Of a DNA stretch of 64,000 nt, positions 1-12,976 are shown piece by piece (positions within the stretch are counted from its first letter, which is position 1; each line of letters opens with the position of its first letter). Made by a program: the position numbers and the translations under genes. The notes under the pieces were generated by a model that searched no databases, was not told the DNA's origin, and saw only the letters and a list, made by a program, of their open reading frames with translations. Source of the DNA: Catajapyx aquilonaris (lineage: Eukaryota); the NCBI GenBank assembly GCA_000934665.2, contig KZ538007.1, forward strand, positions 62,001 through 126,000, written 5' to 3'.

Positions 1-59
1 TTGTGAGATCAATTTGTAAATACTTTTGGACAATATTATTTACTTTCTTCTGCTATACG

Positions 60-300
60 TATTGATTATGGGCTAGTATTTCCCTTCCTACAATGTATCT
101 CTTTGCGACCTAGACAACCTTAATTCCGATAAGTTCGGTTGGTCAGTTCCTAGCCTGCTCTTTGTTTAGCTGAAAGGACTAACTGCTATCTTAGGTTAGG
201 AAGCAGGTGGTTTTTTCGGTTTCAGTCGCGGGCGTCTGCGGATTTGAACCCGGATCCCCGGATTCGCAGTCTAGCATGTGAGCCTTCCCTGAGTCGCTCT
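60..300 (-). mobile_element. tRNA-derived SINE, degenerate; 3' boundary approximate
   Basis: The minus strand reads cgactcagggaagg (A-box-like) ... GGGTTCAAATCC (B-box; plus-strand GGATTTGAACC at 240-250) with tRNA-like spacing, followed by a non-tRNA body. No TSD found. Confidence 0.6.
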
Positions 301-773
301 TGAAGACATGGTACAAGCTCGTTCAGAAAAATCGTTGCAGTAAGCTTAGATTGTCGTTATTATAAGACCAGTAAACAATGTCTGAAAGCGTAACTGTTTG
401 CAATTAAAGCCCAAATTAATGCTTCTATTCAACCTAATATACGCTAATGTTTCGGCAAGCCACTAAAAGCAACTTAGTATAGAAAACTCACTAACTGAAA
501 CAGACACCTCAATTGAAACACACTCTGTTCTGCTCAACTGCCGACTGCCTTCTCACTAAAAGAAGCACGTGCTATATAACTGATTTTTATACGCACTCAA
601 AAGTGCAAAAGCCCGTTCCTCAAATGGAGTGGACAAGTTTGTAACCTGCTTTTAAAATACACCAGATGGAGCCCGTAATGAATCCAGTGACATACAATTT
701 GAACACTAAATGTTGACTTCTAACACTGAGACCGTATTTGAAATTCAAATAGAAGATGGCAGTCCCCCCCCCC

Positions 774-863
774 NNNNNNNNNNNNNNNNNNNNNNNNNNN
801 NNNNNNNNNNNNNNNNNNNNNNNNNNNNNNNNNNNNNNNNNNNNNNNNNNNNNNNNNNNNNNN
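774..863. other. Assembly gap (N-run) flanked by poly-C; other gaps at 30986-30994, 37367-37539, 40491-40495, 57944
   Basis: N characters directly visible; the gaps sit at or near G/C runs. Confidence 0.99.
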
Positions 864-1781
864 CCCCCCCCCCCCCGACCCAAACAGAAAGAGGGAGAGT
901 ATGGCTAGAAATAAAAAAGAAGGGGGTGAGGGTAGGGTGGGCTTTGCTAGAGAGTCGGATCTCTCCCCACAGTTCTCCATCTTGGGAGAACATTGGAATG
1001 GTTCCCAGCAGTCTAGTTACTGTATATTCCGAGCACAGAAGGTGAGAGTATATAAGTTGGTGGGCAAGGGAGCAGGAGGGCAAAGTATCTTTCCCCGGAT
1101 AGGAAGTGGCCTGAGGCTTGCCAAGTAATTGAAAGAAGTGATTCTGGCCGGAACTTTCCTCTCAAGAATCGTGCGGCCTGCCAGAAAAGGAGAGTGCTTC
1201 GATTCACACTTGCACAATTGCAATTCCACACGGAATCGGGACGTGTGAGCAGCATTGGCACAAGTGCGTTTATTCTTCGCCCTTTGCACGCCCCTGCTTC
1301 TTTTTTTTCTGTCCCTCTTGCGGGACATGGTTGCAGGTTGGGGTTGCGGAATTGTCGTAGATTTATGTGTTGGCATGGGCTGTGACTGCTTTGAATTGCA
1401 TCAGAAATGTACTGCATAGTGTGCAGGTGAGCAGAAGCTGCTGTCAACCCCTACCGTGCAGCTGAACCGGATTTCAGAGTTGAGGTATTATGATGCGATG
1501 GAGATACACTTATGATTTAATTATAATTTAATATTATTTCATGTATACTCGAATTTAGGTTAATTATTTTATGATTAATTTTTAAAATTTACGCTTCAAT
1601 AATTATTTGATATTATCAAGTAATTTTTTTATTTTATTTTGCTTAGCATAATACTGTAGGCTACGTGTAAACATCACTTATGAACAAAGTTCCTGAAATC
1701 ATTCTCAATAATATTTCACCTAATACTGTCAACGATGTTTGCTTGCATGTCCGCTGGAAGTTACCTCGCTCCCCACTGGGT

Positions 1782-1878
1782 GCGCCACCTCTCTGACTAC
1801 ATCCATGCTTAGCCCCCCTCCCCACACACCTTCCACTACCTTCCGCTAGAGGGTGCTCCACACGCTGCCAGGTGGCGC
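1782..1878. promoter_or_regulatory. Cluster of three CTCF-like motifs (candidate insulator)
   Basis: CAGAGAGGTGGCGC (minus, 1782-1795), CCGCTAGAGGGTGC (1843-1856) and CTGCCAGGTGGCGC (1865-1878) resemble the CTCF core CCRSYAGRKGGCGC. Confidence 0.45.
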
Positions 1879-1949
1879 TCACGTACAGTTACTGCTCGCT
1901 ACGGGTACTCTTACCGCGGGCTTGTTATCTAATAAAAAGTGGATGGTTG

Positions 1950-2130
1950 GCTTGTTGGTTGCGTCTAAGGCTATCATTCTGGCATTCGTGTGATGGGTTT
2001 TTGGTAGTGGTAGGAAACGGGAAAACCCCGTGAAAACCCACGCAAATACGGCTAGAACCCATCGAAACTCTTCCACATAAGTGTCCTCCGTCCGACTCTG
2101 GACCTTAGCGGTGGAAGGCTGTGATCTAAA
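1950..2130 (-). mobile_element. Degenerate SINE with V-domain-like core
   Basis: Plus-strand ggaaacgggaaaaccccgtgaaaacccacgcaaatacggctagaacccatcgaaactcttccaca resembles the reverse complement of the V-SINE central domain (GGAAACCGGAG.ACCCGGAG.AAACCCACGCA..CACGGGGAGAAC.TGCAAACTCCACA, recalled consensus). A decayed tRNA head follows (ggaccttagcggtggaaggc). Confidence 0.55.
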
Positions 2131-2151
2131 AAGTGGAAGACACATCCATAA

Positions 2152-3220
2152 CACTATGCAACACGATATTTGTCCATGGAAATTCATCGCTACTTTTCTT
2201 GCTCCTTAGATCACTCATAGCTCATTATGACCTTTCATTTTGTCTGGAATTTGTTTTTGACCTCAGGGCAGTCAAAAAACCAAATTCCTCGAAATGTAGG
2301 GGTCCTTCCGAATCCAGTGGGCCGAAATGTTTCTAGACCATCTCGGATTTTGCTGAAAATAATCACAGCTGTACAGACATATGCCATAACGCTGAATATC
2401 AAGTTTCAGCGATATTGCGCAATACCGTGGGGAGGAAAAAATAATTGCGAATATTTGAAAAATGTTGAAAATTGACCATTTTTTTGGATAATTTTTATTG
2501 GTTAGTGGATGTGGTCAAATCACAATACACATATAAGTTATATCAAATTAAATAGAACCGCAAGGAGAATTCGCCCATGGAGTTAGTTTTCCTCTAAAAT
2601 GTAACCTGAAATATGTGTGTGGCATTCCATCTGTCACATGCTCAGTCACACACGTTCAAGTCGTTCGCGAGAAAATATTAGAGATGTTTGGCAGAATTGC
2701 CATTAATTTTCAAGGATCCAACTTCTTGGACATGTGACGGATGGAATGACACGAAGGTTTTTCTGGTTGCATTTTAGAAGGAAACTAATTCCATAGGCGC
2801 ATTCACCCCACGTTTCTATTTCATGTGATATATTGTGTTTATTGGGTTTTGATCACTTAGTGTACTAACCTTAAAATATTATCCAAAAATGCCTCATTTT
2901 CATTTCAGCCCTTTTCAAATTGTTGCGATTCCCCCTCCCCCACATGGTATTATGCAATAAGGATTAAACTTGATATGCAGTGGTATGACATGTGTGTACA
3001 GCTGAGATTTTTCTTAGCAAAATCCGAGATGGTGCAGCAACATTTCGTCCCACTTGATTAGGAATGACCCCTGTATTTAGAGGATTTGGGTTTTTTGACT
3101 GTCGCGAGTTCAAACACAAATTCCAGGCAAAATGAATGGTCATTATGAGTTACGAGTGACCTAAGGAACACGAAGATGGCGATGAATTTTCATGGACAGA
3201 AAAAAGTAATTTTTGTAGTG
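2152..3220. mobile_element. Non-autonomous foldback DNA transposon, CAC...GTG termini, 4-bp TSD ATAA (Chapaev/CMC-like)
   Basis: Structure is ATAA(2148-2151)|CACTA...TAGTG|ATAA(3221-3224). Arms 2171-2640 and 2731-3198 are reverse complements, about 85% identical over the outer 200 bp by manual alignment, around a 90-bp spacer. No transposase-like ORF. Confidence 0.8.
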
Positions 3221-6200
3221 ATAATCAATAGGTTCTCTCGGAAATCTTTTCTGCCATACAATGTGTCGGATTGCTCTGTAGCTTTATGGATAGTTTTTTT
3301 CTAAGGATTTTAGAGTGCAAAATGACCTTAAAGCCGAGTTGGGTAATATAGGAACTAAATAAATATCTGGCAGACCAAGTCGCCACGGCATATCCCCCGC
3401 TGGACGGGGACGAAGCACTCGAAGTCCGGCTAAGAGGAAAGTAAATTCTTGTGATTTCGGCTGATTCTAGTCGGTGTTGACGTCCTCCCAGGGGGAGCGG
3501 AGATAGAGTATACGCACTAGGGATAGTTCCGGATGAGTGTGACTGGAAAAAGTATGTCTTTCATGAAGTGTGCCAGCATGGATAGTCATAATTTTTAGTG
3601 ATGATTTAATAATAAGTTATTGGGGTTTAATGTAATTCTGCTTTTTCGTAATGATCCCCAACTGAGAAATCTGGATTTAGCAATTTTTCTAACTGTAGAT
3701 GTCCATGGAAAGCATCAAAAGTATTGGAAAATTTTGTAGGCCTATATTTTTTCTCTCTCAATGCCAGAAAATGGTCCATTTTTTAGTCCCGTATTGTTCA
3801 CAAAAAGTAATATTTGCATCAAATAAGCGACTGCAACTTTGTTCGCACAATATGGCAACCTTTTAATGACAGTACAAAATGGATACCTGTAATTCACACT
3901 CATTGGCTTAATTGATTATTAATTATTTATGCTGCTGGGACTTGATTGACTTCTGATTTTATTGTCGATCAAAAGTGATGAGTAAGCTTTAACTTTTGTT
4001 TAAACCAGTTGCGCATACAATTACATGACGTAAGCTTGTGCTATTATTTTATGTACTGATCCAAAATGGCTTCGGCTTTATGCTGTCCCAACCGACCTAT
4101 AGATTGGTTTGCATTCGGAAGCATTAGACTGTAGTGTTCCTATATTTTCTGTGTAACACCACAGACCCAAATGATGCCTGCGGGGAGCATTTTTTACTTG
4201 CATAAGCCCGGTATTGTTTAACACGGGCGTAATATTTCCATGCTGCTGGGAACTGTTCATTTTTCTTGCAAAATTTTCAACGAGGAAAAACATATCTGCA
4301 CAGCTTGTACAAGTTCATTCCAGGTGGAAAGCTACTGTTTGACTTTACATTCAACCAACCACTACCCAGGGTTATGTAGAGGTGAACCACTGTAGTATAC
4401 AATGCTGTTTTTCAGCAAGGGTCACTAATGTGACATGAAATCAGCTGCTGTTGGGAAGACCACTGTAGGCTCTATGTCATCTGAAAATGTAACACACTAT
4501 TTACCGGTGGCCATTAGGCGGTAGAATGAGACTGCAAACATTCAAAAATGCTGTATTTCCCCACTTTCTATTCTAAACCCACGACCAAATATTGTGCTAT
4601 GAAACTATGGAGTTTGATGCTTGGCGCGTAGCTGCGCATTAGGTTATTTTGAAACGAAACTGTGGCATTCTGCTGCAACTACACAACGGTGGAGATCAAT
4701 AGCGCTTCATTAGTTGGCCGTCCTGTTGCATGCAGATTTGTTGGTAATGAAGGGTTCTTTCGACCATGATAGAATGGGGAACAACTTAAGCTTGGGTGAT
4801 GTCATGGTGCGGTTATCAGTAGCCTAGCTAGTACATAATAGCCAGCAATGCTACGGTTTGTTGAACTCTCGGGGCGCCCGGAACACCCAGGGTTATAGCG
4901 TGTAAAGGCAGATTTGTTTACTCACCTTTATTAATCCATGCCTGGCTTCACTGATACTTGCGTCAATTCAAATGAAATGTTCGTAACGTGTAGTGTTAAT
5001 AGAAAAACATGGCCATAATTTTCTGTAAAAATATGGAAAGTTCGTATACTGTCATCATCAGTGCGGAGGTCTAGTGCTCTTGAAAGCAATTAGCAGGTGA
5101 ATGTTGACAGGGGGGTTTTATGATGCTTGTTAGAAACGTCTGCTGGTTCATGAAAACAAGCCTGTCGAATACAAAACTTGGCTTAACATGCGCGGTATAC
5201 AGCAGGGCGTATTTGTGGTGCAGACACACGTTACTACACGCACATCATACGATTATGTGCAATAGAGGTCTACAATATAGTAGATTTGCCTTGTTACGAG
5301 CTAATTAAAAGACCGTTTCCATAGTACAAAAAAGTCGTGGAAATTAATCAAGATGCCCAAGTCTGACATTTTTGGTGTTGCATCCTACATGAACAAATTA
5401 AAACAAGTTTGGTACATATTATTCCATCAGGTTACATAAATATTCTATCTATCACAGAGCAAGAGGTGTTTTCTGCTTAACATGAAAAGTTAAAGAATGA
5501 ACCCGATATACCCGTGTGATAAAAGGCTTCCAAAAATCTCATTAACACCCGAAGCGAAAGTAATCAGAGAAGAAAACTAGCCGTCTTAGATTAAGTTTGA
5601 ATCATTCCTAGTTTCTCTTGGAGCACTTAGGCAAAGTTATCGGCGGTCGGGAGGAGAGCAAGGGAAGGCGGGGAGGGGGGTATGGAAGCGTAGTAAAGTT
5701 TATCCGGGCGGAGAGACTCGAGAGGTGCATTAATCCCGAGGTCCCCCGTATAAAGAGGTGGCGGCCAATCTTGGTTATCCGGTTTATTGTGGAATCCAAC
5801 AGAATTGAATTAGGCAGCATCGGCCCGCAACGGCATGACCTTAATCCATTTAAAGTCCACTCCGCACTCCTGCCAACCAATTTTATTGATAAACCTACCT
5901 CTTTCTATGGCCATCTTTTTTTTCTTTTTTTTCCGAAGGGGTTGGGCTGGGGGTGGGGGTCCTATGCGCTTCCAAGTTTATTATTCGTTGGACACGTTTC
6001 GATATGGAAAAGGATGGCGTCGGCTTGGGGGTGGAAGGTGCTGGACAAACAGAACTTTTTGAGAGTTTGGGAAATGGATTCGTACCGAGGAGGAAAGATG
6101 AGGTGCCGAGAAGCGTTCGACATGTTTGTTTGAGGATTCAGATGGGAATGGATGCGGCGTAGTTTCAGGACAAGGGAAGGGGGAAATCAGATTAATGCGT

Positions 6201-6726
6201 TTTACAGTCGCGTGACACTAGACAGGATGAGGAGTGGAGGTGGGGGTGCTTATTAACTGCTTATTATCTAGGCAATTTAGCACTTATGACATGAGAGAGA
6301 AGGTGTGAAGTCACGAGTCGGTCATGTGGATGATATTATCATCGTGGCTTTTCTTACCAGTTGCAGTGTAGCTTCCTTTATATTCATAATAAAATCATCA
6401 GTGCATAACTAGTGGCAGAGCATGATAATTTCACGAGGAACAGCCACAGGCCAGCTAACAAAATAAGTAGTTTGTAATTAAAATGCTTTTGAAAATATCT
6501 TCAAAATAAACAAAGCGCTGCCTGCACAGCGGTTGGAAATTCCCACAGCAACCAGGGGAAATGAAACGAGTTGAACTACGCTGCATTTATAGACAGCATG
6601 GCAATACCATAAATGATGAACGATTATAAACGATTAAAGCTGGACGGATGACCAAATAGTAGGCCTACTCAAATGTTTACATCGAACCTAAATAACCTGT
6701 ATACGACACTATTAAATTCGAACCTT

Positions 6727-7234
6727 CTAAGACGGCACAAAAGTGGCTACATGCTTTATGCCCTCTGAAATGGCACGATGTGGCTTTAAATTTAGTTTGG
6801 AGTGATTCAGTGCCAACTTTTTAGGAATTCCGGTTAAAGTTTTTCGTCTGCAGAATTCTTTCCGCAGCTTATTTCCGCCAATCTTCGGAGTTTTGCTGTC
6901 TATTTCCCATAGGCTATATGAAATGGTCAGTCACTTCCTTGGTGCAATGTCCTTGTATATACGACTATCTTGTTCCACAGTGCGAAAAGTACTATTGGTC
7001 ATTTTTGTGCTAGAAAAATAGTCATTCTATCTACATGAACCATGCAAATGGCATTACATGTGTTTGAAGTACAAAATCAGTTTTGACGATCGGTTGGAAT
7101 CCGCCCTTCTTTCGTCGACGTCAATTTAAAGGGCACATCGTGACCAGTATGCCGCAAATCACATAAGTACATTTTCAAGAAAAGGCAAGAAACAGCAACT
7201 TTTGTGCCTTCTTTGCAGATGGCACGAGTCTTAG
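6727..7234. mobile_element. Old degenerate MITE with nested inverted blocks
   Basis: Three inverted pairs in nested order: ctaagac/gtcttag at the ends, ggcacaaaagtggct/agcaacttttgtgcc, and cacgatgtggctttaaatt/aatttaaagggcacatcgtg. No clear TSD. Confidence 0.5.
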
Positions 7235-8091
7235 AGCATACCTAAGAGTCGCAGTCGGAGAGAAATCTTCTCGGCAATGATGTGATATAATAACAGTAAA
7301 TAATCTTGATTACAGAGTACATGTCAAACACGGTAGAAAGCAGCAGTTATGGAAATTTTGGGGGTAAATTTGCCCCGCGCTGTGTGTAAACAAGTCGGTT
7401 GAGCAAATTAGGACCGTAGGTTCCATGGCCACAATGTTGACGTTCATAAGCGTGAATGACTTCCTACAACGCTGCACCTCAGTAGAAAGCGGAAATTGCG
7501 AAGGGAATTGGACGTATCATTTCCCGTGTTATATTTTTGCCTGGCACATTAAACCGGGAAACAAAACACTATAGCATGTGTGCCTGCATGTCGAGTGGTT
7601 CAAGGATGAGTCGCTGGAGATACACTCGACCAACTTAAAATGTGCGTTTGACATTATGAACCAGTGATGTGGATGGATTCAGTTAGGGAAAAGTTTCATC
7701 CTGATTAGGTTGATCACAGAGTAGAGGGAAAGTGTATGGGAGGGCATGGCTACCGGTACTGTAAAATGAGCTTGTTGTTAGTTGCCTGAGCAACTGTTTA
7801 ACTCAGAAAAGTACTCGTTTGAGGAAAATACTCACCAAGTTTAGGAAAATTGATTGGTAGCAAAGGGAATAAACCGACTGATAGAGGCTCTCATTTTTAA
7901 AACTCATCTTCCTGCAATAAGGAAACTACTTATTCTGATACACCGTTTTGAGCAGGTGTTGTAAAATTCTATCAGTCAGCAATCTAATATTCTCTGACTT
8001 GACCCTCTGATTCGTCCGGGTCACGCAGAGTAAAACTAGTCATAGATTTCAGTACACTTCAAAGTCATATGTGGAATCTTTGATTGTCTTC

Positions 8092-8323
8092 GACACACAA
8101 GTTAAATTCACTAACTTGTAATCGAAGGCAAATATTATTTTGGCCTTGCAGCACTTGTTTACATGCTAGTGATGCCAGTAAAGTAAATCTTGTCTTCATA
8201 GCTCTTTATGAAATCTTTAGGCCGAAATGCACTTCACCAAGTTATAGAGCAGAAGTTACTTGGTGGGATAAAAAACTAAATCCGGAAAATTTAACAGTGG
8301 ATTTCACTTGTATGCTCACGATA
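8092..8323 (+). mobile_element. Old MITE-like dispersed repeat, copy 1 (same family as 48110-48363)
   Basis: Shares aatcgaaggcaaatatt, gcacttg and gtggatttcacttgtatgc.cacgata, in the same order, with 48110-48363. Ends are weakly inverted (caagttaaattcac / gtggatttcacttg). Confidence 0.65.
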
Positions 8324-9972
8324 CCAGACACTTTTAACGCCTTTCAAGGCGGAACGAAATTCTCTTAGAGTCGACTAGAGTGCTGTATGCTGAAGCAGGA
8401 TTTTCTATTCTCTTCAAGGGACTTGTACAGGCTCCTTCCTAGGCCCCAAGGCAAAGAAACACCTTCCTTTTCACCAGAATGCGCAGTCATCCAGCTCCCT
8501 TACTGTCGACGCAACTCCCTTAACTGCCAAGAGAGACAGCACCACGACAGAATTACCTCTTATATCAAGCTTACCGCACCACTCTGTGCATATAGAATAA
8601 ACCGCTTTCTCCACGGTAATCAGTCGACAGCACCCAAATACGTAATTAACCCCCCCGATATTACACCTCCCCCTTCTCTGAATAATCCGGCCAATTCCCT
8701 CTGAATACCTGACAAGTGTGAGACGGTTTGAACTATACCCAAGCCCTGGTGAAACTGTACCAGGGTCCCCACGCTCATTTGGAGTCGACGGCGTTGCAGG
8801 GCTGCGAAAACTGTAGCGTATGGTAGAGGGAAGTTTATAGAAGGCAAAGTGTGCTGGAGCAGGAAGTACCTTGAAGGAGCTCTCTTCCGAGACGTGGATT
8901 ATGGGCGAAATTGCCGAGCAAGTTCTCCCTGTTACCCGGAAAAGGGATCAGGGTGCTGCCTTGAACAGCTCGGGGATTTTAAATCCATAAGAGAGCTATC
9001 AATTGGAAGCGGAAGAGGTCACTTTGGATCAGAGGGAAAAGCCTTTGCTTTTGCGATTCTTCATTCAAGAGGAGACTCGTATCAATCTATTTCCTTCCGT
9101 TTTTTCTCTCTCTCTTCCGGAGGGATTCCGGGGGGGCCATACAGTTACACCCGGCTGCACCTGAGTACTCCCGAAAGGGGACGCTTATTTTCACTCGCCC
9201 ACTCCCTACAGTGTATAGGGTGCGTGTGCTAAAACAATGTTCAAAAGTGCTGGCAGCCTCCCTGGCGTACCATGCACTTTCAGGGACTTTGCACTCCAAT
9301 CTAATTATTTCATTAAAATGGTACATAGTTGCGTGTCAGTTGATATCGAACGGCCTGATTTGAATATGCTGTCTAGAGGATATTTATTGCCTGCAACGTT
9401 TTATCTGAATGGGAGAATTTTCATCATGGGAGGAAAATGAAAGCGCTACAGTCTTGCAGTGGAAGGGGATGGTTATTGCAAATAAATTGTGCCGGTAAAC
9501 ATATAATGTGGAATATAATTGGCAGATTCAGCACACTCAGGCTATTGGAAGTACAAATTGCAGACGTACTGAAAAAGGATATCTCAAAATTGATTTTCCT
9601 TTTTAGTTATCTGGAGCAAAGAACGTGAACTTAATTAAATGGTGCAGTTTATTCCCTGACATTGAGATAGGGGTAAACGTAGGATGAAGTAATTGATTCC
9701 GTGGGGATGGGTTCTTTAATCCAGTACGGAATATATCAGACAGTTCATCTCTTTTGTACGTTATTACACACGCATGTTTTGGCTCCATTATTGAGATAAC
9801 CATACATCAATATTGGTGTTAACATAGAGGTAAATAATAGGGCATGCGAATCATTTCATCCTCCAAAAGACCTGTGCTACAAGGTGTGTTAGTAATCTGG
9901 CGTGAACTAGTGTTTGAGAATATATTTTTAAGGCGCAAGATATTCTCCATCACAAGAGAAATAAAGTGTGTA

Positions 9973-10185
9973 CCCTCGCGAGCATAAAGATGGAGACGGC
10001 AGGCCCTTTTTTGAACTTTCTTTATCCGACTCAAATTAATGAACTCTTTTTGGACCGAGTTAGCTGCTTCAGGTTTGTGTTCGTGTATTTATGTCAGTAT
10101 ATTTGATACCGTAATAGCTGAGATTGGCAGAGCAGCCTGCCGAAGGTGAGGGCTTGCCGTCTCCATCCTTATGCTCGCGGGTGGG
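9973..10185. mobile_element. MITE with ~31-bp TIRs
   Basis: cgcgagcataaagatggagacggcaggccct (9977-10007) vs agggcttgccgtctccatccttatgctcgcg (10149-10179) are 29/31 complementary. The left end is preceded by TA; the right end is degenerate. Confidence 0.7.
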
Positions 10186-10723
10186 CTACCTTTTGCAACA
10201 CCCTCCATACCAAGAATATACAAAATTGCCCCTTTTTGCACTAAGTGCATTTTCAAATTAGTAATTTTACTAATGGCGGAAACTCTTTCATTTTATATCA
10301 TGTTCATTCTGCAAAAATGTGTACAATAGCCTTACTAAAATGGGGAGTAATTTGCCGGGTGCGGGTGGCTCAAATTAGTGAATTGCCATGACCTACTGTA
10401 TACTGCAGCGTATAGTAAATAAATTCTCAACGCCTCCAATGTAATCAAAAAAATTGTTCAAAAATACCTATGCGCTCTACCAGCAGTCTACCATAACTCA
10501 AGATTTTGCTGCATACAGAGGCTTTATTCACTCCACGTCTATAGAAGTTCAAAGACTACAAAAAGATTTGAACTTTGCCATGTCAGCCACATTTTACTTC
10601 ATATGATTCGAAACTGAAGCCTGGTGCAGCACTCTAAACAATAGGCAGTTTCTGTATGCTGTGGTATCCGGTGTATGCGACGTTTGACAATGTATGCTCA
10701 AAGAACGGTTTCAATGGTGTTCA

Positions 10724-10827
10724 AATTAGGCACATTCAGGGGGTCTAAATAGGCTGTCTCAGGAGGGCCTGTACGACGCCAATTCAAGGAGGCCTGAATG
10801 AGGCAAATTCAGGGGTGTCCTAATGAG
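10724..10827. repeat. Degenerate ~24-25-bp tandem repeat, about 4 copies
   Basis: Units: aattaggcacattcagggggtcta / aataggctgtctcaggagggcctg / tacgacgccaattcaaggaggcctg / aatgaggcaaattcaggggtgtcct. Confidence 0.55.
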
Positions 10828-12543
10828 TTGATTAGAAATTTCAACTTTAAACATTTAATACATAAACTGGCTTTGTACGTGGCAGTTTAAACGCAGGCAT
10901 AATAATTTCGTAATATTTTGATGTAGGCTAACAAAAATCAAGTGCAAGGCGTTTAGACTCTTGACCTAGGATTCAACGAGCACAAGCACCCTTTTCAGAT
11001 GTCCTCAATCGCACTCGACGGTTCAAAAGAGGTGAATCCGAACGCGCCTCTAGTTTGCGTAAACCGTCTGTGCTCTTGAATCTCTCTCCGTTTGTCTGGC
11101 TCCACCCATTGTTGTCTCCCAAACAAACTTTCATTGGATGAGCCGATTGTATTTTCGAGTGCTATTGAGAACTGACAACAATCGATGCACAAACTGTGGG
11201 TCGGAATTCTGCGCAGGAGCACTAGGCCATTCAAATAACATTCGTCAAAGATCACAAAGAAGCTAGTTTTGAATAGGTTATAAATAATGATATTTTTGTA
11301 TTTGCGTCCTACTTTCCGTCCAATTGTGCTAAGCCGATTTCACAACATAGGTTGGCTATGGGATTGGCTGCGGTGGCCTCTGGCGACCACTGGTGGACTT
11401 ACCGCATCGAGCAGGCCTGCTCTTGAGCCCAATCTATCTCACCATTCCAACATAATGTCCACACCAACACGACTTTCTTTTTCGAGGCTCTACCAACCAC
11501 AATCCAGCACGACCAGAGTTGTCAACAATGTCATGTTTATTGAGACAGCTATCCCTGAGATATCCCTTATTGATCACACTGACATGTTAATAAGAGCCGC
11601 ATTCCCCACTATATTGACACTACGAATTAATGTTAACACGGGATGAATCGTTGTTTACTCCAGATCATCCCTACTAAGAGCATCCCCCCCCCCCCCAACC
11701 CATATATGACAGGGATTCCAAATCGAAAATTCAGCCCATTTTGTTGGCTAGAGGACCTGTGGTTTGGGAGATGGTGCACTAATGACACACTGTAGATGCA
11801 GGTGCTGGTGCGGTCTGTTGGACACGGATTCGTTCGAACCCCGATTAACATCAGTGGGTGTCGGGCATATTAATCCTCCTCGACTTGATCAATTGCAAAT
11901 GGGAGGGAAAAGTGTCCTGTAACTAAGGGCTCTCTGAGACTCTGATCGACCCCTACCCAAAGTCGATATTTTCTTCACCCCAACCCCTACCATGCCCCCT
12001 ACCGGCGGTCAAAAGTGCGCAGTCTGGTAACCTTGCATCTGCGTCTCAAACCCACACTGGCCCATTGTGTCGGGGCGGCAGATATAAATGAGCTCGGTGT
12101 GGACCTGATTGTCGTTTGTTCCCACGTGGAGAGAGGCGGTAATGACTAGCGGTTTTTTTTTTCTTTCTTCGGCTTATTCGGAGGGTTGGACCCAGATGCT
12201 GCGTTTGGGGGATAAAGTTGGTTGACCCCTAAAATAGGGGCGTGATGCCATTTTTGTTTTGAGATTATACATGGCGTCAAATATTGGGATGTAATCAAAA
12301 GGCCGTTAAAATAGTATCGATCATGCATGCAGGGTGTGTCGGAATGATGCGATTGAAACTTTGTAGCGATGTGGCGTTTTTATGTGGCTGTCACAACTTG
12401 CAGACATGATCAATGCATTGTGTAGTGGAAGTTTTGTTGGATACTGTGGTGATGAGGCCTCTGGCGTGGCAATTTCATCTGTGGTCGTGATGAAGTGAAA
12501 GGTTTTCTGTGTTGCTGACCCCTGATGGGGGGTATACAATACA

Positions 12544-12976
12544 CAGGGGTGTCCCTGGGCTTGTCCTTGTCCTTCGGATTTGCCAATCGGCGTAGTCCTT
12601 AGAAAAGTTCTGGGATCAAACTTTATCCCTTGTCCTTCGATCTTATGGGGACCAACGACTGATCAGTAAACATGATGTAAACAATATGGCTGTTTCGGTT
12701 GCCACAAGTTAGAATGTGCTGCTCAGCAAAGTACAAGATCACGCAATAATAATGTGCGTGTGCTATATATAGAACCGGGATAATTTGATCATTGACATCA
12801 GTCACCATTTTGACTCTTGGTGGTACGGACGGAAATTAGGAATTCTGTGGCACCGTGCCTGGCAACCCTAAGGGGCTAAAGGCAAACACTCATGTCCGAA
12901 GGACGAGAGAGAAGGACTAGCACAAGTGCGAAGGACTGGCCCAGGGGGGGTCTGTTTCTTAGGGTGGAGATGCCTA
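12544..12976. mobile_element. Possible degenerate hAT-like MITE
   Basis: caggggtgtcc at the left and ggagatgccta at the right. Repeated subterminal gtccttcg motifs on the left are mirrored by gaaggac motifs on the right. No TSD. Confidence 0.35.

Noticed and set aside
925..939. Identical 15-mer GGTGAGGGTAGGGTG also at 20886-20900
   Set aside because: A repeated low-complexity 15-mer is expected by chance in 64 kb, and the flanks do not align.
1721..1737. miR-8-like start TAATACTGTCA
   Set aside because: The match ends after 11 nt and there is no precursor hairpin.
7589..7630. tRNA A-box-like tgtcgagtggttcaagg with short stem gtcgagtg/cactcgac
   Set aside because: No B-box and no cloverleaf; an 8-bp stem is within chance.
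10724..10827. CRISPR-like array (also 41250-41323 and 45969-46392)
   Set aside because: Degenerate tandem or MITE repeats without unique spacers; eukaryotic context and no cas genes.
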